Positions 1 to 9,089 are shown, counted from the stretch's first letter. The stretch is 64,000 bases of DNA from Candidatus Omnitrophota bacterium (GCA_023247275.1 JAHFGT010000001.1:6265-70264); one strand, 5' to 3'. A program made the numbers and translations. Notes: a model not told the origin generated them from the letters alone.

Positions 1-989
1 GCGGCCCGGAGCAGCTTGGCGGCGAACTCCGGGGCGGTGGGATTGATATAGAATCCGGTGCCCCATTCGAACCCGGCGGTGCGGGTCAGCTTTGGGATCA
101 GCTCCAGATGCCAATGGTACTCTTCCCGCTCGCGCGGCTCAATGGGCGCGGTGTGGAGGATGTAATTATACGGCGGCTCAGCCAGCGCCACGCGCAACCG
201 GCCCAGCACCTCTTTGAGCAACCGGGCAAAATCCTGCACCTGTTCAGCCGAAATGTGGGCGAAATCGGCTCGATGTTCGCGCGGCAACACCCAAATCTCA
301 AACGGAAAGTTGGACATAAACGGGCAGAACGCGATGAACGACTTGTTGTCGCACACCACCCGCTCATCCTCTTCGAGCTCCTGACGCAGCATGTCGCAAT
401 ACGGGCACCGGTCGCGAAACTCAAAGTACCGTTGGGCGCCGCGCAGCTCTTCCTGAACCCGCTTCGGCACGATGGGCAACGCGATCAACTGCGAGTGGCT
501 ATGCTCCAGCGATGCCCCGGCCGACAGGCCCACGTTTTTGAAGAGGAGGGTATATTTTAGCCGCTTGTCGCCTCGCAGATCCAGCGATCGGACTTGATAC
601 GCGGTCAGCACGTTGACGATGTCTGGCAACGAGAGATCGCCGAGCTGCTGCTGGTGATCCGGTGTCTCAATGATCACCTCATGCGCGCCAACCCCGTTGC
701 AGAAATCAAAGACCCCAAGCCCGCGACGGCCCAGGTCGCCTTCAATCTTCAACGCGGGAAATTTATTGGGCACCACTCGTAGCTGCCACCCTGGCCCGTT
801 GGCTTGGCTGTCGGCCGGCCGCAACGCGTAAATCTCTGGGGGGGTCATGGCTTCACTGCCATAGCAGAATGGACACCGACTGCTGCCGGCGGTCCGCCGC
901 TCAATCGAAAATCCATCCGGTCCGAGTGGCTGCTCGGTCTCGACGATATTCCATCGTCCAAGCACCGGATCACATCGCAGCTCAGACAT
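1..989 (-). CDS. galT: GalT-family hexose-1-phosphate nucleotidyltransferase, copy B (catalytic His intact; 3' end runs off the window)
   Basis: Absent from the ORF track because it has no stop in the window. Translated by hand from ATG 989: MSELRCDPVLGRWNIVETEQPLGP...CPFC...RVVPNKFPAL...HEVIIETP...FKNVGLSAGASLEHSHSQ...YHWHLELIPKLTRTAGFEWGTGFYINP. Overlaps the upstream paralogue's stop. Confidence 0.9.
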   Translation of the reverse strand, partial: MSELRCDPVLGRWNIVETEQPLGPDGFSIERRTAGSSRCPFCYGSEAMTPPEIYALRPADSQANGPGWQLRVVPNKFPALKIEGDLGRRGLGVFDFCNGVGAHEVIIETPDHQQQLGDLSLPDIVNVLTAYQVRSLDLRGDKRLKYTLLFKNVGLSAGASLEHSHSQLIALPIVPKRVQEELRGAQRYFEFRDRCPYCDMLRQELEEDERVVCDNKSFIAFCPFMSNFPFEIWVLPREHRADFAHISAEQVQDFARLLKEVLGRLRVALAEPPYNYILHTAPIEPREREEYHWHLELIPKLTRTAGFEWGTGFYINPTAPEFAAKLLRA

Positions 990-2058
990 CTGACCGCCCC
1001 GCCGGCGCTGCAGCCTGTTCTTCCTGTTCACCCGGCACGAGCGCCTCCCGCAGATATCGGGCTGATTCCTCCGGCGGCGTCGGATTGATGTAGAACCCGC
1101 TGCCCCATTCGAACCCGGCCACGCGGGTCAGACGCGGGATCAGCTCCACATGCCAATGGTAATCCTCTTCGATCGTCTGCCAATGGCCTCGACGCTGGTG
1201 ACGAAATGGCGCCGTATGCAGCAGACAGTTGTACGGCGGGTCGTCCAACACCCCCTTGAGTCGGCTGAGCAAGCCCTTGAACGCCGCGGCTAAATCCATG
1301 AGCTCATCCGGGGCGATTTTCGCGAAATCGCATCGATGCCGCTTGGGCACGATCCAAACCTCGAACGGAAATCGCGACGCGAACGGACACAGCGCAACGG
1401 TGTGCGGCGTCTCCAGGACGACACGGGTCCGTGCGTCCAGCTCTTGACTGACCAGATCGCACACCAAGCACCGCTCTTTGTCCTCATAATACCGTCGAGC
1501 GCCGAGCAGCTCTTCTTTGACCCGCAGCGGCGTTACTGGGGTCGCGATCAACTGCGAACGACTATGTGGCACGCGGCCGGCCCCGGCCACCGACCCGTAG
1601 TTCTTGAACCAGAGCACATAGCGGAACCGCGGATCGCGTTCCAGATCGGTCATCCGGATTGTCGCTGTCTGCAACGCCGCCTGGACTTGCGTCAGGGGCA
1701 AATCAGCGGCGTTGTGCACATGCTGAGGAGTTTCCACGATCACCTCATGGGCGCCGATTCCATCCATGACGTCATACATGCCTTTGGCCCGCCGGTTCAA
1801 TTGGCCTTCAATTCGGAGAAGTGGCTTGATGCTCGGCACGACCCGGACGCGCCAGCCAGGCTGATCAGCCGCGGTCCCTTGGGTGCGCAGGGCAAAGATC
1901 TCCTTCGGCGTTTCAGATTCTTTCCCCTCGCAGAACGGACAGGCTGATGGAGCCACGGAATCGTCATGAGCGGCCAGGAAGTCGATTGGCCGTTTCGCGC
2001 GTTCGGTTGCGATAATCACCCACCGGCCGATCAACGGATCTTTACGGAGTTCAGGCAT
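982..2058 (-). CDS. GalT-family protein, copy A (nucleophile His replaced by Arg)
   Basis: MPELRKDPLIGRWVIIATERAKRP, CPFC, HEVIVETP, FKNYG, HSRSQ in place of HxHxQ, HWHVELIPRLTRVAGFEWGSG. Confidence 0.88.
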   Translation of the reverse strand: MPELRKDPLIGRWVIIATERAKRPIDFLAAHDDSVAPSACPFCEGKESETPKEIFALRTQGTAADQPGWRVRVVPSIKPLLRIEGQLNRRAKGMYDVMDGIGAHEVIVETPQHVHNAADLPLTQVQAALQTATIRMTDLERDPRFRYVLWFKNYGSVAGAGRVPHSRSQLIATPVTPLRVKEELLGARRYYEDKERCLVCDLVSQELDARTRVVLETPHTVALCPFASRFPFEVWIVPKRHRCDFAKIAPDELMDLAAAFKGLLSRLKGVLDDPPYNCLLHTAPFRHQRRGHWQTIEEDYHWHVELIPRLTRVAGFEWGSGFYINPTPPEESARYLREALVPGEQEEQAAAPAGRSDV

Positions 2059-2971
2059 CAACGCGATCTCCCACCTTCATTGGATGGCCACTCAGAAATT
2101 CGCGAACGCTCATCCGCCGCCGACCGGCGAGCTGGACCTCTTCCAGCACCACAATCCCCTGTCCAGCGGCCACGGATAATCCGTCGGCACCAATGTCCAC
2201 AATCGTCCCTGGCGAACCGGACACCGTGGTCGACTTCACGCGCGCTCGCCAAATCCGCACGGGCGTCTTCTGCCACTGGGTCCACGCTCCAGGCCATGGA
2301 ACCAAGGCACGAACTTGCCGCTCGATCATCTCTGCTGGCCCGCGCCAATTGATCCGGCCATCGGCTTTCGTCAACTTCGGTGCGAGCGTGGCCTGGGAAT
2401 GATCTTGTGGGGTGGCGCGTGCGGTCTGATTGGCCAGGCTATCCAGCGCAGCGACCAGCTCTTCCGCTCCCAGCTCAGCCAAGCGATCGGTCAAGATCGG
2501 GCCGGTGTCATCAGGCCGCACCGGCATGAGGCGCTGGCGCAACACTTCGCCATCATCGAGCCGCTCGCTGAGCCGAAAAATTGATACGCCGGTCATCGGA
2601 TCGCCGTTGAGCAACGCCCAGGTAATCGGAGCCGCCCCTCGATACTTCGGCAGCAACGAGGGATGCACACCGACCATTCCATACGGTAGCGCGTCAAGCA
2701 GCTCCCGCCCAATGAGCCGTCCATACGCGATGACCACACCCACATCGACCTGCGCCGGGGAGAACAGTCCTGCGGTCGGCCGTTGCGGCTGCGCAATGGG
2801 AACCTGCAACCGCAGGGCCGCCTGTTTGACCGGTGGGGGCTCGGTCACCAGTCCTCGTCCGCACGGCCGATCCGGCTGCGTCACGCACAGTACCACGATA
2901 TGGTCACTGTGGATCAGCCGTTCAAGGCTCGGCACCGCAAATGGCGCGGTGCCAAACAATACGACCCGCAT
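2051..2971 (-). CDS. fmt: Methionyl-tRNA formyltransferase
   Basis: MRVVLFGTAPFAVPSL, VTQPDRP, VHPSLLPKYRGAAPI, LAPKL; adjacent to def. Confidence 0.95.
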   Translation of the reverse strand: MRVVLFGTAPFAVPSLERLIHSDHIVVLCVTQPDRPCGRGLVTEPPPVKQAALRLQVPIAQPQRPTAGLFSPAQVDVGVVIAYGRLIGRELLDALPYGMVGVHPSLLPKYRGAAPITWALLNGDPMTGVSIFRLSERLDDGEVLRQRLMPVRPDDTGPILTDRLAELGAEELVAALDSLANQTARATPQDHSQATLAPKLTKADGRINWRGPAEMIERQVRALVPWPGAWTQWQKTPVRIWRARVKSTTVSGSPGTIVDIGADGLSVAAGQGIVVLEEVQLAGRRRMSVREFLSGHPMKVGDRVDA

Positions 2972-3037
2972 GCCCGCGCTCCAATCAGACGAGCGCCATC
3001 GAGACGCGCGCTCGCTGAGATGGTCGATGAGTGCTCG

Positions 3038-3553
3038 TCACGGCAAGGACGTGCAGGCTGTTGCTCCAGCAGCGTGGGGCTGGCGGTGAAGCCGTCGACG
3101 ACGAAACCAGGGCAGCCGATCGATGAATAAATGCCCTGCCAGGTGGTCCAATTCGTGCTGCAGAATAATGGCCAACAACCCGGCGGCCTCGATCGTGACC
3201 ACGGCCCCGGACAAATCTTGCCCGCGCACCCGCACCGATCCGGCGCGTCGCACCCGCTCCCACACATCCGGCAGACTGAGGCACCCTTCCACCACGCTGG
3301 CCCGCCCTCCCACTGTCTCAAGAACCGGGTTGAGCATGACGACTTCGTTCCGGCGTTGCTCAGATGGATTCGCGACGAAGAGCTGAATCGCTTGCCCAAC
3401 TTGCGGAGCCGCTAACCCAATTCCCTTGTTCGCATACATGGTGTCAATCATATCGCGCGCCAGCCGACGCACCTGGTCGGTGATGCGGGGGATGGGGTGG
3501 GCTGGCTGATGCAACACTGGGTCTGGCTCGACGCACAATGGACGAATACTCAT
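3038..3553 (-). CDS. def: Peptide deformylase
   Basis: GIGLAAPQVG, EGCLS, QHELDHL motifs. Confidence 0.96.
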   Translation of the reverse strand: MSIRPLCVEPDPVLHQPAHPIPRITDQVRRLARDMIDTMYANKGIGLAAPQVGQAIQLFVANPSEQRRNEVVMLNPVLETVGGRASVVEGCLSLPDVWERVRRAGSVRVRGQDLSGAVVTIEAAGLLAIILQHELDHLAGHLFIDRLPWFRRRRLHRQPHAAGATACTSLP

Positions 3554-3560
3554 GCGAGTT

Positions 3561-3588
3561 ATTCTAACCGGCGTCGGACAAAATGCAA
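3561..3588 (-). promoter_or_regulatory. Putative sigma70 promoter of def (likely leaderless)
   Basis: Minus strand: TTGCAT (3588-3583), N16, TAGAAT (3566-3561), 7 nt, ATG 3553; no SD sequence. Confidence 0.55.
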
Positions 3589-3610
3589 CTTTAGGAGACG
3601 GCTCGGCGGT

Positions 3611-3647
3611 TCATTTGCTCAATGGCGAACTCCTCAAACGATTGAGC
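3611..3647. repeat. Left copy of an imperfect ~37-bp inverted repeat flanking the TPR gene; itself a hairpin (GCTCAAT...ATTGAGC)
   Basis: Its reverse complement matches 4292-4328 at 31/37 positions by manual alignment. Confidence 0.7.
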
Positions 3648-3672
3648 TATTGAGCCGCTGAGCCAATGAGCT
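3641..3672 (+). repeat. Four tandem 8-mers with a TGAGC core (attgagct attgagcc gctgagcc aatgagct)
   Basis: Read directly; overlies the -35 and spacer of the TPR promoter. Confidence 0.7.
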
Positions 3673-3677
3673 ATAAT
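3650..3677 (+). promoter_or_regulatory. Putative sigma70 promoter of the TPR gene (likely leaderless)
   Basis: TTGAGC (3650-3655), N16, consensus TATAAT (3672-3677), 7 nt, ATG 3685. Confidence 0.6.
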
Positions 3678-3684
3678 TTGTTTC

Positions 3685-4284
3685 ATGCCCACGGCCCCGG
3701 CGGTCCCGACCGACCTGCAACCGTATTTCGAGAAAGGGATCCAAGCCTACACGCAGGGCAGCTATGACTATGCCGTGGACCTGCTCACCTTTGTGATCCA
3801 ACACGCGCCAGATGCCACCGAGGCTCGTCGGTATCTTCGCCTTGCCATCCAAAAGCGGTTTGGCCAAGCGCCGCCTTCTCTGTTGACCCAACTCGGAGCC
3901 ACGCTGGTTTCTTGGCCGGTGCGCCTGTGGGCCATTCTGGCGCAACTGCAAGGCAACTATCGCCAGGCCACCAACCTGTATCAATGGTTGCTGAGCCTGT
4001 GTCCGCGATCGCGCTCGTTGCTGATGCGGATGGCCTGGACGCTGACACGGAGCGGGCTTGAAGATGCCGCGCTTCACACCTATGAAGAGCTGCTGTCGAT
4101 CGATCCGAATCATCTTGGCGCCCTGCGCAAACTGGCCCGTCTGGCGATGAAGCGCGGCAATGATGCGCTCGCTCGTCAATGTTTTGAACGGGTGCTCCAT
4201 CTTCATCCAGCCGATATCGAGGCGCAGCAAAGCCTGCGCAACCTTGATGCCCTCGGCACACTGAAAAAGGGATTCGCCACCTAA
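3685..4284 (+). CDS. Tetratricopeptide-repeat protein
   Basis: TPR-like helices (YFEKGIQAYTQGSYDYAVDLL; YEELLSIDPNHLGAL; FERVLHLHPADIEAQQSL); fills the gap between priA and def. Confidence 0.8.
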   Translation: MPTAPAVPTDLQPYFEKGIQAYTQGSYDYAVDLLTFVIQHAPDATEARRYLRLAIQKRFGQAPPSLLTQLGATLVSWPVRLWAILAQLQGNYRQATNLYQWLLSLCPRSRSLLMRMAWTLTRSGLEDAALHTYEELLSIDPNHLGALRKLARLAMKRGNDALARQCFERVLHLHPADIEAQQSLRNLDALGTLKKGFAT

Positions 4285-4291
4285 GCGCCTG

Positions 4292-4328
4292 GCTCAATGG
4301 TTCGAGGAGTCAGCCATTGCGCCAATGA
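4292..4328. repeat. Right copy of the inverted repeat flanking the TPR gene; possible bidirectional terminator hairpin
   Basis: gctcaatggttcgaggagtcagccattgcgccaatga, lying between the convergent TPR and priA stops. Confidence 0.7.
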
Positions 4329-4336
4329 CCTGTTGC

Positions 4337-6334
4337 TTAGAGCGGATCCACATTTACCTTCACCGGCAGCCCAGCGAACTTGCGGCCAGGCTGCAAGACC
4401 TGCCGTAACACAACCACCATTGGCTCTACCGCTCGCCCCTTCAGCATCAGGCACATCCGGTAGGCGCGGCGCAGTCGAGGAATCCGGTGAGGAGCTGGAC
4501 CGAGCAAGCTGATCCGGGCGGATTTGCCGTGCTGGCGGAGCCGCTCCGCAAGCTGCCCAGCCGCCTGCCCAACGCGCTCACTCGAACCGCCAATAACCGT
4601 CAGCTCGATCAGATGGAGAAACGGCGGCAGGCCCAGGCGCCGGCGCATCGTAATTTCTTCACGATAGAACTGCAGATAGTCCTGCTGGCGCGCGGCCTGG
4701 ATCGCGTAATGATCCGGACAGTAGGTTTGCACCAAGACCCGCCCAGGCTGGTCGCCACGACCGGCCCGACCAGCCATCTGTGTCAAGAGGTCAAACGTGC
4801 GCTCCCCGGCCCGGAAATCAGGCAAGTTCAATTCCGTATCCGCCGATACCACGCCGACCAGCGTCACTTGCGGAAAATCAAACCCCTTCGCGATCATCTG
4901 CGTGCCGACCAACAACCTCACCTGCTGATTTTTAACCGCCTGGTACAGCCGGTGATGACTCTGGCGATCCTTGGTCGTATCCCGATCCATCCGAGCGATC
5001 GACTCGGTGGGAAAGAGTCGGTGCAGTTCGGATTCAATGCGTTCGGTCCCGCTGCCCCGAAACTTGAGATACCCCTTATGGCACACGTCGCAGACGGTAG
5101 GAGGCTGCTCCTGCCGGTTGCAGTAGTGACAAATGAGCTGGCCAGCGCCGGCATGGTAAATCAATGGCACCGAACACTGGGCGCATCGCTTGACCGCCCC
5201 GCACAGTTGGCATTGGGCTGACCGAGCAAACCCGCGCCGGTTCAGCAGCAGCATCGCCTGCTCATTGCGCGCCACGGTTTGTTCCAGCGCGCGTTGCAGC
5301 ATGACCGACACCGCCCCAGCCCGCCGACGGCCATGCACATCGTCGCGCAAATCGATCAGCTCCACGCGCGGCAGCGGCCGACCCTGCACCCGCTCCGGCA
5401 GGACGACCATCCGCCCGCCCGGCTGCGTCGCCTGATAATAGCTTTCGATTGAGGGGGTCGCGCTGCCGAGCACCAACACCGCTTGCGCGAGTCGAGCCCG
5501 AGCCCGCGCCACCTCTCGCGCATGCACATGTGGCACAGCTTCCTGTTTGTAGCTGGTCTCCTGCTCCTCGTCGACCACAATGACCCCAAGCCGCTGAACC
5601 GGCGCAAACACCGCAGAGCGGGCGCCCACCACAACCTGACAATCTCCACACGCCAACCGGGTCCAATTTGATCGGCGCTGCGTCGCAGTCAATCGGCTGT
5701 GCCACACGACCACGCGCTCCCCGAACCGCTGGTGAAGCCGCTCCACGGTTTGCGGGGTCAATGCGATTTCAGGAATCAGATACAGGGCGCCTCGACCAGC
5801 GGCCAGCGCCGCCTCGATCACTCGCAGATACACCTCAGTCTTGCCTGACCCTGTGACCCCATGGATCAACACTTCTCCAAACGTGTCGGCAGCACAGACG
5901 TTCATGATCGTGCCCAGCGCCTGCTCCTGCGCTGGGGTTAACACCGGCCGCGGGGCCGCCGTCACAACTGACGCCATCTTCCCATCCCTGCGCCCTGGGG
6001 TGGTCGCAGCAGCATCCGGCCCAACTCGAATCGCGCTCGGCACCATGGCAGCCAAGGCTTCTCCGAGGCTGCAGCAATAATAGTCCGTGATCCACCGCGC
6101 GAGCGCCCACCGTTCGCCGGTGATGACCGCAGACGCATCAATCATTTGGCGGATGGGTTTGAGTTTCGCAATGGGACTGTCCGACAGTCGGGTGATGACC
6201 ATCCCCACCTGGTCCCGCGATCCAAACGGTGCGATGACCCGCACGCCCGGCTCAATCTGATCAGCCAGGCTGGCCGGGATCAGATAATGAAACGACCGGT
6301 CCAGCGGCACATTGAACACCACTTCTGCAATCAT
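4337..6334 (-). CDS. priA: Primosomal protein N' (replication restart helicase)
   Basis: GVTGSGKTEVY, PEIALTPQ, DEEQETSYKQ, LLNRRGF, four CxxC, GTQMIAKGFDFP, QMAGRAGR. Confidence 0.96.
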   Translation of the reverse strand: MIAEVVFNVPLDRSFHYLIPASLADQIEPGVRVIAPFGSRDQVGMVITRLSDSPIAKLKPIRQMIDASAVITGERWALARWITDYYCCSLGEALAAMVPSAIRVGPDAAATTPGRRDGKMASVVTAAPRPVLTPAQEQALGTIMNVCAADTFGEVLIHGVTGSGKTEVYLRVIEAALAAGRGALYLIPEIALTPQTVERLHQRFGERVVVWHSRLTATQRRSNWTRLACGDCQVVVGARSAVFAPVQRLGVIVVDEEQETSYKQEAVPHVHAREVARARARLAQAVLVLGSATPSIESYYQATQPGGRMVVLPERVQGRPLPRVELIDLRDDVHGRRRAGAVSVMLQRALEQTVARNEQAMLLLNRRGFARSAQCQLCGAVKRCAQCSVPLIYHAGAGQLICHYCNRQEQPPTVCDVCHKGYLKFRGSGTERIESELHRLFPTESIARMDRDTTKDRQSHHRLYQAVKNQQVRLLVGTQMIAKGFDFPQVTLVGVVSADTELNLPDFRAGERTFDLLTQMAGRAGRGDQPGRVLVQTYCPDHYAIQAARQQDYLQFYREEITMRRRLGLPPFLHLIELTVIGGSSERVGQAAGQLAERLRQHGKSARISLLGPAPHRIPRLRRAYRMCLMLKGRAVEPMVVVLRQVLQPGRKFAGLPVKVNVDPL

Positions 6335-6364
6335 CGGATGAAGGGTCCTGAGAATGAGGTTGCG

Positions 6365-7195
6365 CTATCCATCTCTTTGTAGTGCAGCTTGGGTCGGCGG
6401 GTGCTGCATGACAGCACATGGCAGCCCAAAGGGCATAGCGAGCACACGGGTGAACGTCACACTGCGCGGATACTCCGGTAGGCCGATGACAAGATGGCGT
6501 TGCTCAACTCCAAAGCGGTAGGTGCCAAAGAGACGGTCCCAGAAGGAGAAGATCGTTGCATAGTTCGCATTCGTCTCTTCAGACGCCTGGGAGTGGTGGA
6601 TGCGGTGCATGTCCGGGGTGACAATAATCCACCGCAGCCATGTTTCCAGCGGCTCAGGGATACGCAGGTTGGCATGCTCGAGCTGGTTCAGCAGCCCGAA
6701 GACGATCTCAAAAATGACGATACTCGCCACCTGGGCTCCCAAGAACGCGATGACCCACAGCCGGAAGATGGCCGAGAGCACCATCTCTGTGAGATGGAAC
6801 CGGCCCGCAGTTGTCACATCGAGGTCGCGGTCACTGTGGTGCACCCGGTGCATGCGCCACATTAGCGGCAGCCCGTGGTACGCCCGGTGCCACCAGTACG
6901 TCGCTCCGTCCAGCACGATGACTGTCGCGAGCACGTTCCACCAGTCCCTGATGCCGAGCCAGTGCAGCAATCCGATCCGGTGCAGCTCATAGACGTGATA
7001 CAAGGCGACGATCATCCCGCCTAAGAGCGCGCTCAGCAGCAGCGCATTCGATCCCGCAATGAAGAAGTTAATGGCGTAGCGCCGGCGGCGGGACTCCACT
7101 GGCCGGCGGAACGGCCAGACCAGCTCCAGCAACAGCAGGAGGAGGAGTCCGCCGACACCGATGAACCCGCGTTCAATGGTCAACAGAGGCACCAT
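6365..7195 (-). CDS. Sterol desaturase / fatty acid hydroxylase family membrane protein
   Basis: His boxes HRAYH, HRVHH, HANL, HRIHH; NYATIFSFWDRLFGTY; transmembrane segments. ATG 7195 has an AGGTGG SD. Confidence 0.88.
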   Translation of the reverse strand: MVPLLTIERGFIGVGGLLLLLLLELVWPFRRPVESRRRRYAINFFIAGSNALLLSALLGGMIVALYHVYELHRIGLLHWLGIRDWWNVLATVIVLDGATYWWHRAYHGLPLMWRMHRVHHSDRDLDVTTAGRFHLTEMVLSAIFRLWVIAFLGAQVASIVIFEIVFGLLNQLEHANLRIPEPLETWLRWIIVTPDMHRIHHSQASEETNANYATIFSFWDRLFGTYRFGVEQRHLVIGLPEYPRSVTFTRVLAMPFGLPCAVMQHPPTQAALQRDG

Positions 7196-7928
7196 GAGGA
7201 CCACCTTCTGGTTCCCTGATGTCTCCTTGATCGAGGAGCTGCTTCACTCTTTTAAGGTCTTTCCAGGCGTCCTTTTTTGCGGCAGGGTTGCGCAGTAAGT
7301 AGGCTGGATGAAACGTCGGGACCAGCGGAATCCCATTGAAGTCGCGCACCTCTCCACGGATCTTCATGATCGAAAGGTGTGCGCCCAGCAACGCCTTGGT
7401 CGCCACCGCGCCTAAGGTACAGACCACGGCAGGCTGAATGATCTCCAATTGCCGCTGCAAAAATGGCGCGCACGCTTCCATCTCCTCTGGCAAGGGGGTC
7501 CGGTTGCCCGGTGGCCGATCTTTCAGCACATTGCAGATATACACCTGGTCCCGACGCAACCCCATGGCCACGATCATCCGATTGAGGAGTTGTCCGGCAG
7601 CACCAACGAACGGTTTTCCCTGCAGATCTTCGTCACGGCCTGGCGCCTCACCGATGAAGACCAGCCGAGCTGCCAGGGTCCCATCGCCGACCACCGCATG
7701 CGTTCGGGTGCGATACAACGAGCAGGCTCGGCAGCGTTGGACCTCCTGCGTCAGCGCGGCTAGCTGCTGCTCTTTCCACGCCACATCGCGCTCGTTCGCC
7801 TCTGGATCGATCGCTCGCTCAGGCGCCACCGGAACGCCGGTCACACCGCCTAGTCGCAACCCGTCAACATGCGCGCGCAACGCGCGAGCCATTCGTTGAA
7901 GCTCATGCGATCGGTTCACCTGCGTCAT
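7173..7928 (-). CDS. udg: Uracil-DNA glycosylase, family 4
   Basis: CRACSL, FIGEAPG..ED..G.PFVG.AG.LL, RPPGNRTP, TFHPAYLLR; ATG overlaps the upstream stop. Confidence 0.92.
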   Translation of the reverse strand: MTQVNRSHELQRMARALRAHVDGLRLGGVTGVPVAPERAIDPEANERDVAWKEQQLAALTQEVQRCRACSLYRTRTHAVVGDGTLAARLVFIGEAPGRDEDLQGKPFVGAAGQLLNRMIVAMGLRRDQVYICNVLKDRPPGNRTPLPEEMEACAPFLQRQLEIIQPAVVCTLGAVATKALLGAHLSIMKIRGEVRDFNGIPLVPTFHPAYLLRNPAAKKDAWKDLKRVKQLLDQGDIREPEGGPHGASVDH

Positions 7929-9082
7929 CAGGATCGCCTGGGGGTGCAAGCCAGTAACGGATCCATGACGTCGGCGACAATCCGCGCCGCTGCGCCGGCA
8001 CCGCCCAGTTGCTTCGCGGCGTGTCGCATGGCGGTCCTCTGCTCAGGATCTTGCAGCAGTCGCACGACCGCAGCGCTGACCTGTCGTGGCGTTGGGGCGA
8101 TGATTCCCGCGCCATGGCGCACCACATAGGCGGCGTTGAGCCGCTCTTGGCCAGGAATGACATGGGAGAGAATGAGCGGCAGCTCACGAGCCAGCGCTTC
8201 ACTGACCGTCAATCCCCCAGCTTTCGTGACAATCAGATCACTGACCCCCATCAGCTCTGCCATCCGATCGATGAATCCGAACACCCGCATTGGCATTCGG
8301 CTGGACGCAGCCGCCTGGGTCCATCTGGCCTGGGCCATGGCGTCTTGACCACACACAACGATCAATTGCAGCCGGCCAGGCCACCGAGGTTCGAGATCGA
8401 CCAGCGCCTGCACGACACGGTTGAAGTTGCCAACCGTCGTCCCACCACTCGTCACCAACACCGTCAATCGATCCATGGAGAGTTGCAGCTGCGCCAAGAC
8501 CGTCGTTCGGTCCACTGGTCGGCCGAAGGCCGGATCGATCGGAATGCCGGCCAGGTGGATTCGAGAGGGCACGACCCCACGACGCTGTAACAGCGCGACG
8601 CTCTCTGGTGTGGCCGCCACGACCGCATCCGCATGGGAAGAGATCCAAAACCAGTGCGGGTGTAAGTCCGTCACGACCACCACGACCGGGGCTTGCAACC
8701 ATCCCTGAGCCCGTCCAGCACTGCACACATCCGCGGGAAGAAAATGGGTCACCAGCACCACATCTGGACGCGTGGTCTTGAGTCGATCAACCAGCCGACG
8801 GGCGATCCAGAAATTCCACCGTTGTCGCACCGGCTGCACGAAGCGGTAGATGGCGTCCTGATCCAAGAGCGCGTAACTGAGACGCCAGACCCAGGAGAGA
8901 TGTCGGACCAGCAACAAGTATGTCGAGGAATAGACCGCAGAGAATCCACCGGGCGAATCGCTCAGCACATCAAGACACTCGACGACAGCCTCTGGGTGAC
9001 GCAGGCGGGCAGCCTGGGCCAACGCTTCAGCCGCTCGACGATGACCGGCCCCGGCGGTGACGTAGAGGATAGTGATGCGGAT
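7928..9082 (-). CDS. MGDG synthase / UgtP-like GT28 glycosyltransferase (start codon uncertain, probably ATC 9082)
   Basis: In-frame (I)RITILYVTAGAGHRRAAEALA upstream of the track's TTG start; PDVVLVTHFLP, VVTD..PH..W, GIPI, TKAGGLTVSEA, IPGQERLN. Confidence 0.85.
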   Translation of the reverse strand: MRITILYVTAGAGHRRAAEALAQAARLRHPEAVVECLDVLSDSPGGFSAVYSSTYLLLVRHLSWVWRLSYALLDQDAIYRFVQPVRQRWNFWIARRLVDRLKTTRPDVVLVTHFLPADVCSAGRAQGWLQAPVVVVVTDLHPHWFWISSHADAVVAATPESVALLQRRGVVPSRIHLAGIPIDPAFGRPVDRTTVLAQLQLSMDRLTVLVTSGGTTVGNFNRVVQALVDLEPRWPGRLQLIVVCGQDAMAQARWTQAAASSRMPMRVFGFIDRMAELMGVSDLIVTKAGGLTVSEALARELPLILSHVIPGQERLNAAYVVRHGAGIIAPTPRQVSAAVVRLLQDPEQRTAMRHAAKQLGGAGAAARIVADVMDPLLACTPRRS

Positions 9083-9089
9083 CGCGGCT

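Noticed and set aside
982-2058. galT copy A as a pseudogene
   Set aside because: Full-length intact frame that keeps the Zn ligands and partner-donated residues; the losses look selective rather than random.
5555-5580. PriA motif II reads DEEQ instead of DEEH
   Set aside because: All other helicase motifs are intact; a single variant residue is too little to claim lost function.
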